Assembly: GCA_010015805.1 (NCBI GenBank)
Contig: ML978129.1
Span: 1,550,001 to 1,614,000 of the forward strand
Direction of reading: 5' to 3'
DNA from: Rhizodiscina lignyota
Taxonomy: Eukaryota
Length of the DNA: 64,000 nt
This document shows positions 36,327-48,741 of the stretch, piece after piece. Each line of letters begins with the position of its first letter. Position 1 is the first letter of the stretch. The translations under genes and the position numbers were made by a program. Below the pieces are notes generated by a model, which was given only the letters and a program-made list of their open reading frames with translations, did no database searches and was not told the origin of the DNA.

Positions 36327-37712
36327 ATGGGTTCTCCAGAGATCCCTTCTCTCCTTCAGGAGATCCAGCAGGAAGTACAGGTCCTCAAGCAGGGTGATGA
36401 ACAAAGTCGACAGGCTCTCTTGGATTCGGCACGGGCATTGGTCTCCGCACTTGAGAGTCCAGCGGAGAGAGTAGCACGAATTTCCTTTCATGAGGTACGA
36501 CCCCGTTGCCCAATTTCCGTTCTTCACATCATGAGAGGGCTGACGCCATTCTCTGCTGGTGATAGCCCACGCTCTCTACTGCTATTCGTATATGTATCGA
36601 TATGAAACTCTTTGAGAGCCTGGTCGCGGACAATGGAACTCCTAAGACAACAGAACAACTAGCCAAATTGACAGGCTCAGACCCAAAGCTTCTCGGTATG
36701 AGGATATGCCAGCAGAGCTATTCAGAAGCGCACAGCTCAATACTGACTCGTAATAGAACGCTTTCTCAAGCACCTTGCAACGGGCGGCATTGTACGAGAA
36801 ACTGGTACAGATCAATTCGCTCCAAACGAAATCAGCAAAGTATTTGCAACACCCACTGGACAAGGCGTATTTACCAATTGGTGCAGTCGTGGCAGACATC
36901 TCCCTTGTCGAACTTGATGCTGACTATCCCCGTTTAGCTTTGATGGCATCACCACCATCTCTTCTCGGTTCCCCGAGTTCATGAAGAACACTCAATACAC
37001 AAACCCGAAGAACAAGGACAAGTCGGCCTTCAAATTCTCGCACAACACCGACAAGCACTACTTCGAATGGTGCTTCTCGCCCGGCAACGAGTACCAGGCG
37101 GAGGCGTTCCACAATCACATGAAGTTCAAGACGTTGTCGAAGAAATGGTTCGAGTGCGTACCTGTTGATGACCTGTTTGCGGACTTCAAATCCAGCGATC
37201 CCGATGGCGTGCTCATGGTCGATGTGGGCGGCGATACTGGCTACGACGCGCTCAACTTCCACAAAGCGTATCCGAACCTGCCAGGGCGGCTAGTTGTGCA
37301 AGACCTACCAGCATCGATTGCGAAGCTTGACAAGGAAGCTATTAAGCCTGTCGAGGCGATGCCGCACGACTTCTTCACGCCGCAGCCCGTCAAGAACGCC
37401 AAGGCATTTTACTTGAAGATGGTGCTCCACGATTGGCCGGATGCGTCCTGTCGCGAGATCTTGTCGAATCTAAGGCCGGCATTGGTACCAGGGTATACCA
37501 AGATTCTGATCAATGAGATTGTAGTACCGGACATGGACGCCGACTGGTTCAGCACGAGTGTGGACATGCTGATGATGCTGTTCCATAGTGCGGAGGAGCG
37601 GCGGGAGAAGGACTGGAGGACATTGATCGAGAGCGTGGAGGGCCTGAAAGTTGTGAAGATCTGGGAATGCGGTGGTGCACCGGAGAAGCTGATTGAAGTT
37701 GAGCTGGCGTAA
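36327..37712 (+). CDS. SAM-dependent O-methyltransferase (fungal secondary-metabolism type)
   Basis: N-terminal dimerisation region followed by VDVGG, LVVQDLP, HDFFTPQP, LHDWPD and ER motifs. Four exons. Confidence 0.9.
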
Positions 37713-37832
37713 GCAAAAAGTAGCACGAGTGCACAACAAGGTGGTAAGGGGATTTTAGACGATGGAATAGCAAATCCCGTCTTTTTCTTCTGTGGAAGAG
37801 ACTCAAAGGTCATTGATCAACAAGACATTTAT

Positions 37833-38597
37833 CTATGGCCACAATGGGCCGTCCAAAGGATTAGCTACTATTTTTGAGTGCTCGATGTTGTATGCTAAGG
37901 AAGATATTATGTGTCCACCTCCCATGAAAGGGATCTTAGGACATGGTTTTTGCGCCTGTCGCAAGTGAGATTCAGTCAGCTTCCTTCACACTACAATTAC
38001 CCAAAGAGCGATAGAAAGATAAAGACATAGTTCAGATTTACTGACATCGATTCCATTTTGCATGTTCTTCTTGATACCGTTGCTAAAGTCCGTCGCAAGA
38101 GTCGAAATGGTCGAACTGTCCTCCTTGAAGTTGCCCTTCAGTGACTCGACAAGCATCTTCTCCGTCATCTTGCCCTGTGTGAGCTTCTGGCGTCTGAGTC
38201 AGCCTTGCATCGCACTGTCAATCCGAACGTGAGGGAGCAAGGAACCCAGATGACGTACAGAAGCAAGTCCGCTCTGTGCAGGATTATTCTTCGGAAGCGT
38301 CCTGCTGCTCGTTATAACCTGCCGCAGCCCTTTGTTCACATCATCGAGCAACTCGCTAATTGCCTCTTGAATCCGTGCTTCGTTCGGCGGGTGGGCTTGT
38401 TCGAGCTGCTTGACCTTGGCGAGAGCAGACTGCTCGTTCATCTGATCCTGAATGTCCGCATTGATACTTGCCACGCCAGCCTTGATGGCAGGGGGACAAA
38501 GGGGGTTAACGGTAACAGCATTCTTTTGTGGGAAGAAGCTTGGAGAGAAAGCCGCAGTGAAGGGCAAGGAAATCAGTGCGAAAGATAGAACGCGCAT
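37833..38597 (-). CDS. Small secreted, probably helical protein of unknown function
   Basis: Signal peptide MRVLSFALISLPFTAA. The exons join via GTACGT...GCTGAC...CAG and GTCAGT...GCTGAC...CAG introns to give ...DFSNGIKKNMQNGID/AQKPC. The 3' end is uncertain. Confidence 0.6.
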
Positions 38598-39484
38598 ACT
38601 GACAAGAGGCAAATTGAAATTCAATAATCAAGAAGGTGTTAAATAGCAGAAGAGAATAGATGCTGGGCTGCAAAGTAGTTGGAATGAACTACGACTATAC
38701 TTTTGCATGCAGCTAGATAAAATCGAAAAGAATGCAAACTTCAAAGCATCCGCAGAGAGTATTTAACGGAAGCACAATAAGTTGGTCTGGAGCGACGCAA
38801 ATCTGATATCTGTATTTCCGCCCTGTCCAAAGAAGCAGTCAACAAATTCCTCTCATGGCTATATTGTAAGCCGGCCGACGGCAACTTCGAGCCCGTTGAC
38901 TTGACCTTCACCGTCATGTTGGTCGTCGGTGTAAGGATCTCACTGACAGTGTAAGAAGTTGCCAATCGGTAAGGCAGTTCCGAGCGTCCAGGATCGAATC
39001 TACCATCGTGTGGGGAAGCATCTCCAGTCTAGTCTCGCCGCAAGGCTGAATAAAACAAAGTTTCAACGTTATTGCATCTTCCAGAGTTTTGTCGCAAGGC
39101 CGAACTTCGCGGGGGAGACCAAGTTACACCTGAAGTCTGTTAAATGGTGCCAAACATGGAGCTATTCAGTTTGCTTCCAGTCGTGATAGTTTTTGAGCCT
39201 TGCAACTCGAACTCTGTTAGACAGACTCCAGGATAGTGTTGGGACCTGTAAGCGACAAGATGAGCGCATTGCTCGCACTTGCAAACAGCAATAAATGACC
39301 TGAAATAATGGTTTACAATTCAATCGATACTGTCGCACCTGCTCAAGAAAAAAAATCTATGTGCGATAAGTTATGAGCGTGCATCCGAATTGGTCAACGT
39401 ACATGATGACTAACGCCATGCAGAAGCTGACGAGAGATTGACCTTGCATCATCTAAAATTATCTTACAGATTATACACTACACT

Positions 39485-40811
39485 CTATTTGTTATGAGGA
39501 CGTTGCTGCAACAGACTTCCCCATTGGTTAGGTCTAATATAAAGATTAGCTCCAGAACTTCTTTCAAATCTCCGAACCGAAGAGAGAAATTACTCACCTA
39601 ACAAGTAGCCGCTCAACAAGTGTCAGAATGCCTCGCTCACGCTGCTCATTGCTCGCCTTGACAGTAAGGGCCAACCACATGCCAAGATCTTTCCTGATAT
39701 CGGCGACGGGACGTCCCACTACATCGATGCCTCTGTCGATTGCTGCGAGGCGTACTTCCTCGTCTCTCAACTTCTGAGGTGTCACCATGGAGTTGTATCC
39801 CGCATCGAAGAGCTGCACATCGTCATCATGCAGATATTCGAGGTACATCCAGCATCTATCAGGGACGTTGTAGAAGTTCTTAAGTACGTTAAGGACCGGT
39901 AGATCAAACATTCGAGGATAGAGATTGCAGCTCCGCGCGATGTGATTGAACACCTCTGGATCAAGCTGGCTCGTCCTGACTGTTGCAAGTCGTTCGCCAT
40001 GCGATTCCTTGGCCACAATCTCACTCGTTGCGCCTTTCAGGAGTTCAGGGCTCGGCACCTTGCCGTACACACCTCGAAAGCTCTTCAGTCTTCGATCTTC
40101 AATCTTCTGGCGCTGTTTTCGTATCTGCCAAGGAAGCCGGCAAGGCAAGGGTATTATAGGCGTGGCGTAAAGAAAGATGATTGGAAACCATTCTCCGAAA
40201 ACGATGAATAATATAACGAAGAGGGGAAGGCGTCGCGTCGCGGCTCTTTCTCTCGTCAGAAGATGTCTTTCAGCTCTTGTCTCGCCCCAGTGTACATCAT
40301 ATAAAGGTGTTGACTTCCCTCCAGGCAGAGGTCTGCTCCAAGATTTCAGCCGAAACTGAAGGGTAGGCTTTTTGACACCCCATTCCTGCGAGAGAGATGT
40401 CACGGTTTTGCGATTTGCACGAATGTTCCTCCAGCCCGTCTTGTAGAATGTCAAATACACCTTCCCAACTTTCAGCAACCATATCAAATAGTTTTGGCCT
40501 GGTTCTCGTGCGGGAACGTCGAGAGGCGCGGGCAAGGTGGATTCGGGCGGGTTGATGCACTCGTCGTATTCATGGACTGCGTTGTCCGTCGCAGTGGTGC
40601 GAGGTTTTGGGCTATTTACGGAGCCTTTCTGTACTGTACGAGCGGTAGAAGCGCGTCGAGTCGCGTAAATTTGTCGATGCTGTGGTTCTCGCCAATTTAC
40701 CTGAGCGAATGCAAGCGCAAAGGATGGCTGGAGAAGTCCTGTTCGAGGACATGTTGAGAAGCAAAGCTGTCCTTGGAGTGCCTTGACGGCGATTGGGTGT
40801 CGGAGGATCAT
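39485..40811 (-). CDS. LETM1-like mitochondrial inner-membrane protein
   Basis: INPPESTLPAPL, GKVYLTFYKTG, RRLPLFVILFIVFGEWFP, YLEYLHDDD and EVRLAAIDRGID. A short last exon (RPNQW...) follows a GTGAGT intron at about 39535-39597. Confidence 0.75.
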
Positions 40812-41520
40812 TGCATCAGGTTGACTGTTGAGGCCAGTTGTCCCAGCTGTCGCCAAAGCTGCTGGTAAGAAGGACCAAGCGTGATGTCAACCATTCCCGA
40901 ACTTTTCGAATACGATACGGCATGTTCCGCTCCAAGCAAGCCGCACTTCCAACATCAGCAAGCCCATAAGCCACCACGACTATCTGTTCGAGTTGAACAT
41001 ATTTCCACTGGTCACAAGCAATTGTGGGTATCAGAGTATACAACAGCCGACCTACGTTGACGCAGAATTTTAGACCTAATGGCTAATATGTATGATCAGT
41101 CTCCTGCCTTACTCAAACGCACTGCTGGGAGAAAGTCAAACTACTGGAAAGCCCTCTTCAAACTTAGTAATGGTATGGATGAAATGGATTGATCACATAG
41201 GAGAGATACTCCAGGTGAAGACAACCCCACCCGCGACCATTGAAGCAGGAGCCCGTGAGCACAAATTTCTTGGTATTTAACAGTTTCACTCAACCGACGA
41301 GTACCGCAACACTGTTACCCGACGCTATGCTATACATACTCTGCACAATTCCAGCCATTTACTAAATGATACATACAAGAACAAAATTCTAGATTCGCGG
41401 CCGTCCCTTTTGAACACTCTTCTAAAGCCAACCACTCAAAACCATGAATGGGAAATTCGTTGGGCCCGTTATAAGATACAACGCCTGTGTCAAATGCGAC
41501 ATCGTCTAAGCTCAACGCGT

Positions 41521-42701
41521 CTATTTCGCCGTGAAGAAAGATGGGAAGTAGTTATAGGCCGCAATATCTTTTGCGACTTGTTTGTGGATCGCAACACCCG
41601 CTATAGACCAAGTTAGCGGACCTCAAGACTCTACCAGGTACGGGAAGGATTACTGACGATGATAGTTGTTTAGCCAAAGGCAGGTAGTGCCATCCGGGTT
41701 AAAGCAGAGCGAGTCAGGTGCACCATTTTGCTTCGGCGTGTCTATTATATCCGTGAATGCTGGGTTTGGATCGTAGATATGATACGTCACATCAGGATGC
41801 TTCCCGCCAAAGGATTTGGCGTAGGTGTCGAGGTCATTGTTGAATTCATCACACCCAGCGGATAGCGCATCCCGTTCTTCGCTCGTATAGTTGACTACTG
41901 CTAGTGGCGTTTTGTAAATAGCTAACGCAACGAATCAGCGGCGCTTCCAAACGTATTCTATAGTCCACTTACGAGCCACTTTCATGAAAAGAAAGTTTCG
42001 TGCTCCAGCTTGATAAAGTGCCTCACAATTGGCGAAGTAATGTGACATGGCTTCACCGAAGATGCTGCTAGGATCATGTCTTACAATGACTGCTTGCTGG
42101 ACATCGTTCTGTCCAAACCAGATGGCAACGACAGACTTCTTGCCTGGCCATGGGACAGAGCGTGGTTTTGTTAAATATGGGATAGCCTCTATGACTTGGT
42201 CGTTGAAAGATACACTGATTCCAGGGGGAGGAATGAGCTTCTGATCGATCGTAGCGCCGCCAACTGCGAAGTCGTAAACTAGGGTTAGGCTCTTGTTGTA
42301 GATTGACGCGAGGTCCCCAACCCAGTTGACCCCGCCGGAAGTCGTGTCGCCTGTTGGAAAGTTTAGAAATAGTAATCTTAAAAGTAGCTCATATAAACTT
42401 CAAATAAACCAAGAGAGCGTACCTGGGAATGCTGGATTGCCAAGAGGATCATCTTTTGATGGTTGTTTGCCATGTATGTTAAATTCAATTCGTGAGTATG
42501 AATCTCCGCTTCCATAGATGTTAGTGAATGCGTACAAGGACAGCAGAGGAAGCCTCACAAAAGGAGTAGATAATTCGCGTCCGATCCCTTCGTTGTGGTG
42601 AATTTGGAGATGTAACCGTTCTCGGAGGGCGACTTTCCAACGACAGAAGTAGCGAATAGACAAGATAAGATGATAAATGATTGTATCATCTCGATGAACA
42701 T
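41521..42701 (-). CDS. Secreted SGNH/GDSL acetylesterase (CAZy CE16-like)
   Basis: Five exons, largely missed by the ORF track. Signal peptide, LLFGDSYS, PLGNPAFPGDTTSGGVNWVG, YDFAVGGATID, IWFGQND, LYQAGARNFLF and WLNNYHPG. All introns are GT-AG. Confidence 0.88.
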
Positions 42702-44307
42702 GGTTGCCTCTATAAAAGCGCCACGGCTAGACCAACTAGAATCGCGGGACGCCTCCTTGGCAGATACTATAACAAGAAGGTTGGAAAAGTTCTTGGCTTC
42801 GAGGGCTCCGGACAAAGTAATGGCATGCTGGGATTCCTGGGAGACAAAGAATTGTGAAAGTCACAGTACGCCGTTCGTCAGCAAGTCGCCAGCTAGGGCG
42901 TGTTCGGCCGCGAGGATGGAAATGGCATGACTTTTGTGCGTTGTGCCTGAGAAGCTTTGTGCCTATAAGTTATCTCTGGTGATAAGGTGGAGCGGAGCCG
43001 CTACGTACAATGCTCGCGTCTAGAATTGTACAGCTCCCTGCGTCGGGTGAAATTACGCTTCGTATTCCGACTGGTGATGCTTGTAGGGAGTCACAGGAGA
43101 TCTTACGTGACGCCTGTCACGTCCCCTCTGGCAAAGATGCGGACGACTCGACGAGTATCCGCGCAAGAGATGGAGAGAAGAGAAGGAGATGTGAGGAGCC
43201 CAAAATCAGACATTTCGTCGACAATGACGCGGCTGTTCTCGTGATGGGAATGCTGGCTAGTATCAGGATCTGCGGTCAGAAATTCCAACTTTTGCGGTAG
43301 AGCATTCCGCAGATCCCGAAGGACAGGTTGGATCTCTGCTGGCGCCCACGCGAGACAAGGCCGGCAGGGGCCGAAAAGCTTGACTCGGCCTTAACCACGC
43401 TTTTGGAAAGGCTGTGCTGTGAAGCAGTAATTTGAGGCTGTCTGAAGCGGAAATAACCCCTGCTCATCGACGTGGGAATAAGCCCACCCCGCCGCCCCTT
43501 TCAGCATTTCGCGTGGCAGCCGTGGCTCTGCGCCTCAAGAACGGGCCTTTGCAGTTTCCAAATCAGCCTGAATCGCTGTTGTTTTCAAACTCGCAGTGGC
43601 ATGACAAGGAGATGCTGCGTAACTTCTAGTCCTAGCATGCTGACTCGAGATGGTGGAAATGATATATACCCCTTTGAGAGAATTCATATCTTCTTAAACG
43701 GCATCAACGAGACTATAATTGCCGACTGTTTGCGAATTTTAATGCTCAAATTTCTACATTAGCTCCATGGGCCGCGTAAGCGGCTCAGCGGCATTTCTTC
43801 CGAACGTCTGTCACAGCGAATTGAGACTAGATGTGAGCATCGTGATGTGCTTCTTACCGAGTTACTTCCAACCAAAGACTACGTACCCAATTTATCATCA
43901 AGCGAGCGTTCCAATATCTCTTATCATTGGGGCTGTGTCGCGCTGAGAATGCGCAGCTGTGTCAAGAGGAATCGGCAATATAGCTCGGGTCTCTAGGCTC
44001 TTATTAGATTGCATGAATCTCACATAACCTGGATTGAATATCAATTGGCTGATCAGAGGATCAGATAGGATAAAGCGTCGCCTTGTTCATTGCACGGGAT
44101 GTTGAAGAGGGATCTCAATACATATTAGGAGATTGCTCGGAGACAGGGTATCAAGGGGCAGAAGCACCTCGAATGTGTACTCGTCCTACACGACACCTCG
44201 TGTAGAAGATTGATCTGAGATAGAGTGAATCCATGTTTGGGCAAAACGGCGAGACCAAACAGATTCTCCAGTGTCTAGAATATATTACACAACATCCTAC
44301 ACATAAT

Positions 44308-47300
44308 CTACAGGGACCGCTTCTCAGTCCATTCCTCGTAGCACTGGACCTGATCTCCGACTCGGAAGTCTTCCCAATCCTCAAACGCTAGGCCGCAGTC
44401 AGAGTCCTTTCGCATTTCTGTGACGTCTTTCTTCTTGTTCTTTAGTGAGGTGAGAGATCCTGCAACGAGTTAGTTTATTTGATGCCCGGTATTATAATAC
44501 TCATATTAGTGACAGAACGCACCGTTGTAGATGACATCTTTCCCACGCAGAACGCGGACTTTCTTGCCCGTCGATATCATACCATTCTTAACCTTGCAGC
44601 CCGCAATCTTGATGAAATGTCGCTTCTGATCATTGATGCTGAAAGACTGAAGGACTTCCGCCTCACCAGTGACCTTCTGATGGACAGTGGGAGCAAGTTT
44701 GTCACTAAGAATTGATTTGACCGCGTCGGCGAGGCGATAAATGATGTTTTGCTCGATTATCCCAACACTCTTCGATTCGGCCAACGGTCGCACACCTGGC
44801 TCAGCAGTTGTGTTGAAAGCGATAACGTAGCCTTGAGCAACCGCAGCAAGGTCGATGTCGTTCTGGGAGATGGGACCAACTCCTGAGCGCAAAATCTCAG
44901 GCTGGACCTCGCTGTTTCCCAGCGATGCTACTGTATTGAGGACGGCCTCGACAGAGCCAGAAACATCACCCTTGATGACGAGATATACCTTCTCTGGGCC
45001 GCTGGACTGTACTTCAGCTTTATCCTCTGGGCTCTGAGTTGCTTCTTGATCAGTAGCCTGGCCCTTGGCGGCCCGTTCTTCCTTTTCGCGCTTCTCTTGC
45101 TCTCTTCGTCGAGCTTCGTTTATTGCCTCCGTATCCTCGGCCATTTTAAGTTGCTCTTGTTTTGTCAGGCGGAGGTCCACAACTTCCGTGGCTTTCTGCT
45201 CGGTTGGGGCTTGTAGAAGCTCATCTCCTGCAACTGGCTGATCCCTCCATCCATCTACTTCGGCAGGCATGCCAGGTCCGACCTCCTCGACTAAAGCGCC
45301 CGCTTCATTCTTCAGTGTTCGCACGCGTGCCCACGTCGCTCCAGCAACGATGATATCACCAGGTCTGAGGGTGCCACTACGAACCAGGACCGTCGCAACA
45401 CGCCCATTACTCTTCGTTGATGACTCAAGAATCCAGCCTTCGACGGAAGATGACGGGTCCGCCCGATGGTCAAGGATCTCGGAAAGTGTGACCACTGCCT
45501 CTTCCAGCTCTTCCATACCCAAACCCGTCTTTCCACTAACATAGACAGCTTGCGTATCACCTCCTATGTCTTCGATTTCAACACCGTGTCGAGCCAGATC
45601 GGATTTGACACGTTCCGGAGCAGCATCTGCTTTGTCCATCTTGTTAATGGCGACGATCATTGGCACATCCGCAGTCTTTGCATGTTTGATTGCCTCCAGT
45701 GTCTGTGGCATCACGCTGTCATCAGCAGCGACAACCAGAATCACAATATCGGTGACATTGGCGCCACGTTGACGCATGCTGAGAAAAGCCGCGTGCCCAG
45801 GGGTGTCAAGGAAGGTGATTGACTTTCCAGACTCAAGTAGAACATTGAAAGCACCTATGTGCTGGGTTATGCCTCCATGTTCGTTGGCAGCGACGGAAGA
45901 CTTTCGCAGAAAGTCAAGAAGTGTGGTCTTCCCGTGGTCGACATGTCCCATGATGGTCACCACGGGAGGTCGTTGGGGAAACACAGACATATCTTCGGGT
46001 AGAGGAGCGGCGCGTAGGTCATCGTCTGCGCTCTCAACAACGGGCTCGAAATTGAACTCCATAGCAATGAGGCCTGCATTCTCCGAATTGAGAACGTGAT
46101 CATGGCTCAATTCTCCAAAACCGAGCTGCTTCAGCTTTCTGTCGAAGTTGCGCGATGGAACGTTCAGAGCGGTGGCGAGTTGACCGACGCTTATGAATTC
46201 CGGGATGTTTATGGGTCGTGGTTGATCTTTCTGCACTTCTGATCTTTCTTGACGCCGCATGTCCTTTTGCCGCCTTCTTTCCTCTCGTCCTGCGTTTGAC
46301 AGTGCCATTAACGCAGCCTCTCTAGCATAATTGATATTACGTGTTTTCCGGCGATCGTTATCAAAGCGCTTCGGAGCAACATCATTTGCATCATCGCCGA
46401 ATCTCGAAGATAGACTTCGGCGATTTTTGGACTCTTCTCTGGTAGCACCCCAGTATGGGTCGCTAGTGAGGACGACGTCTGGCTGCTTCGTGCCCGATAT
46501 GTCATCTCTTTTTTGTCTTGACTGATCGGCTAGTCCAAGGGGACATTCGGATTTTCCATGGCCTAGTTCACCGCATCTGTGACAACGAATCTTCGACCTC
46601 GGCTAATAAAATCAACTGAATTAGCGCATTGATTGCCGGACAATGTGTTGGTATGCCTACCTCAAAGCCAACAAATTGACCATCCTTCGCACGCAGCTGG
46701 CGTTCCTGAGACTCTCGAAGATAGGCATCTTGCGCAGTGGCTTGCGCTTCGGGACCGTCTCCGCCAAGAAACATCCGTCTGATCCTCACCGGGCGTTGCG
46801 CCTTGTCGTCTTCCCTGCGAGTGACAATTGGTTGACCGTCTTGCTGCTCTGAGTCTTTCTCTGAGGAATTTCGCCTCTTCAAGTGCGCCCATTGTGCCGA
46901 TATATTCCGGCTGATTTGATTTGTACGTGGTTTTTGGGGGAAAGCTGGGTCTGTTCGAGAGGGCGCATCACTGGCCCGACCCTCAGTCTCCATGAAACGG
47001 ATACGATATTGGCTCTGCCCTTGTTTGCTTCTCTGGTCGGATGACCTTGAGGCTCCCTGTCGGTTCCCACCGTTGTCTGGACTCCTTCCTTTGAAGACAT
47101 TGCCAAACAGTGGGTTATCCGAGTGCGGGATGTATCCATTGGAAGCTTGTTTTCTTTGAGGTTTCTCAGTACTAGCTTGTGTCCTTAATCTATCTCGTGC
47201 TCGTAGTTCATCGGGCGTCAAGAAGTCATCGGAAGGAGCAGATCCCCAAGAACGCCTTTCACCTGTCCATTGAGGACTATTCTGGGGTGTAAAGTCGTTA

Positions 47301-47526
47301 TCGGCTTCTTTATATGCTGTAGCCGTTGCAGGAGGTCGAGAGACAGAGCGAGATGTATGTATAGCTCTTTGAGGAGATTGCTGATATCTCAGCGCGTCTT
47401 TTGAGAGCTGTCGGGCGGTACAGAAAATGCAGACGTCGTTTCGCAGAACGGGCTATTTCTTTGTCAGACCTTGCAATCTTGTCTAGTTAAAATATGAATT
47501 ACCTGCAAAATTCTATGCGCCTTCAT
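44308..47526 (-). CDS. IFM1: Mitochondrial translation initiation factor IF-2
   Basis: G-domain [37 protein letters not shown] and INKMD, with a C-terminal DCGLAFE. Exons about 47526-47503, 47454-46661, 46602-44522 and 44460-44308. The N-terminal model is less certain. Confidence 0.9.
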
Positions 47527-47916
47527 CACAGAAGCAAATACAGTAAAGGGAGCTCTTCAAACGTCTTCCCGAAATTTCAAGATGAAGTCCTGAAAATGCC
47601 GAAAGCCACTCTAGACCAAATCGGGTTAACCTCACAGGCCTGCCGAACTGCATCACCACAACTATGCGCTCATGATACAACTCGACTAATTGATGCAGAA
47701 CACATAAGATTCTATTTCCCAAAGCTCTCTGATGATCTCTACCTTCTGTCAATGGAGATCTCTCGGTCTTGCCAATGAGCAATTGGAAGAAGTGAAGATC
47801 AAGTGGAAAAGACGATGGCACCGCGTCCTTATCTGATACCCCCACTGCATTCGGCGGAACCTAAGACCTCTAATTCAGAACTCTACGTTTGATCCAAGTC
47901 AGCATCTGGAACGACT

Positions 47917-48741
47917 ATGGCATCACACTTTCTACGCTTACCAGTCGAGCTGAGGCTCAAGATCTATGACTTCCTCCTTGATGCCGACAGAGCTGAGAGC
48001 GAGACTGAGCGAAGAACGAAACAGCAAATCGGCTGGGAAGAGTACGATGCCCGCTGCCCGTGTCTTTGGCACAATGAGGCACATGCGTGGATATTCCATC
48101 CTTGTCCGTGTACGACTGGAAAGCCATTCATCCCGTATAGGCGTATGCTCAACATTCACACATCTATCCTGCGGGTTTCGAAATTACTCCATTATGAGGC
48201 GCTGCCGCGTTTGTACGAGAACCGTATGTTCGAGGCTGTGAATTTCCGGACATTTGGCACTCTGCACGAAGCCCTGCTGGAGAGGTATTGGATTCTAGAC
48301 CAATTCCTTGTCACCTTATATGCTTCAGCAAGAGAACAAGTCAAATTCATACGGCTACCAATTTTCCCATCTCTACGCAAGCCCTATGGCGCTGAACAAG
48401 CATTTTCGAGCATAAAGTGGAAACTGCCAAATCTCAAAATTGTTGAACTGGAGGTATTTCCCCCATCAACTGATCCAAAGTATCCAAACGGCCCTCCCAC
48501 CGGTGCTTGGTTGCATCCAGTCATGGTCTTCGAGAGTTGTGATATTGTATTGGTTCAGGATAGCCGTGGATGGTTCTCTCATCCTTTGTCCACCTCTAAA
48601 ATCAACCGATTTGAGACGAGTTTCAGGGCGCAGCTGTACGAGATGGTCCAGAAACGCCGAATACGACGGTCTCGCAAAGAACAAGATGGGATCTGTGATG
48701 ATCATTCAGTCCTTCAAACAGCAAGATCATGCGCTAGCTGA
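47917..48741 (+). CDS. Hypothetical protein with F-box-like N-terminal motif
   Basis: 274-aa ORF with HFLRLPVELRLKIYDFLL and ILRVSKLLHYEALPRLYEN, a pattern common in fungal F-box-like hypothetical proteins. Confidence 0.65.
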   Translation: MASHFLRLPVELRLKIYDFLLDADRAESETERRTKQQIGWEEYDARCPCLWHNEAHAWIFHPCPCTTGKPFIPYRRMLNIHTSILRVSKLLHYEALPRLYENRMFEAVNFRTFGTLHEALLERYWILDQFLVTLYASAREQVKFIRLPIFPSLRKPYGAEQAFSSIKWKLPNLKIVELEVFPPSTDPKYPNGPPTGAWLHPVMVFESCDIVLVQDSRGWFSHPLSTSKINRFETSFRAQLYEMVQKRRIRRSRKEQDGICDDHSVLQTARSCAS

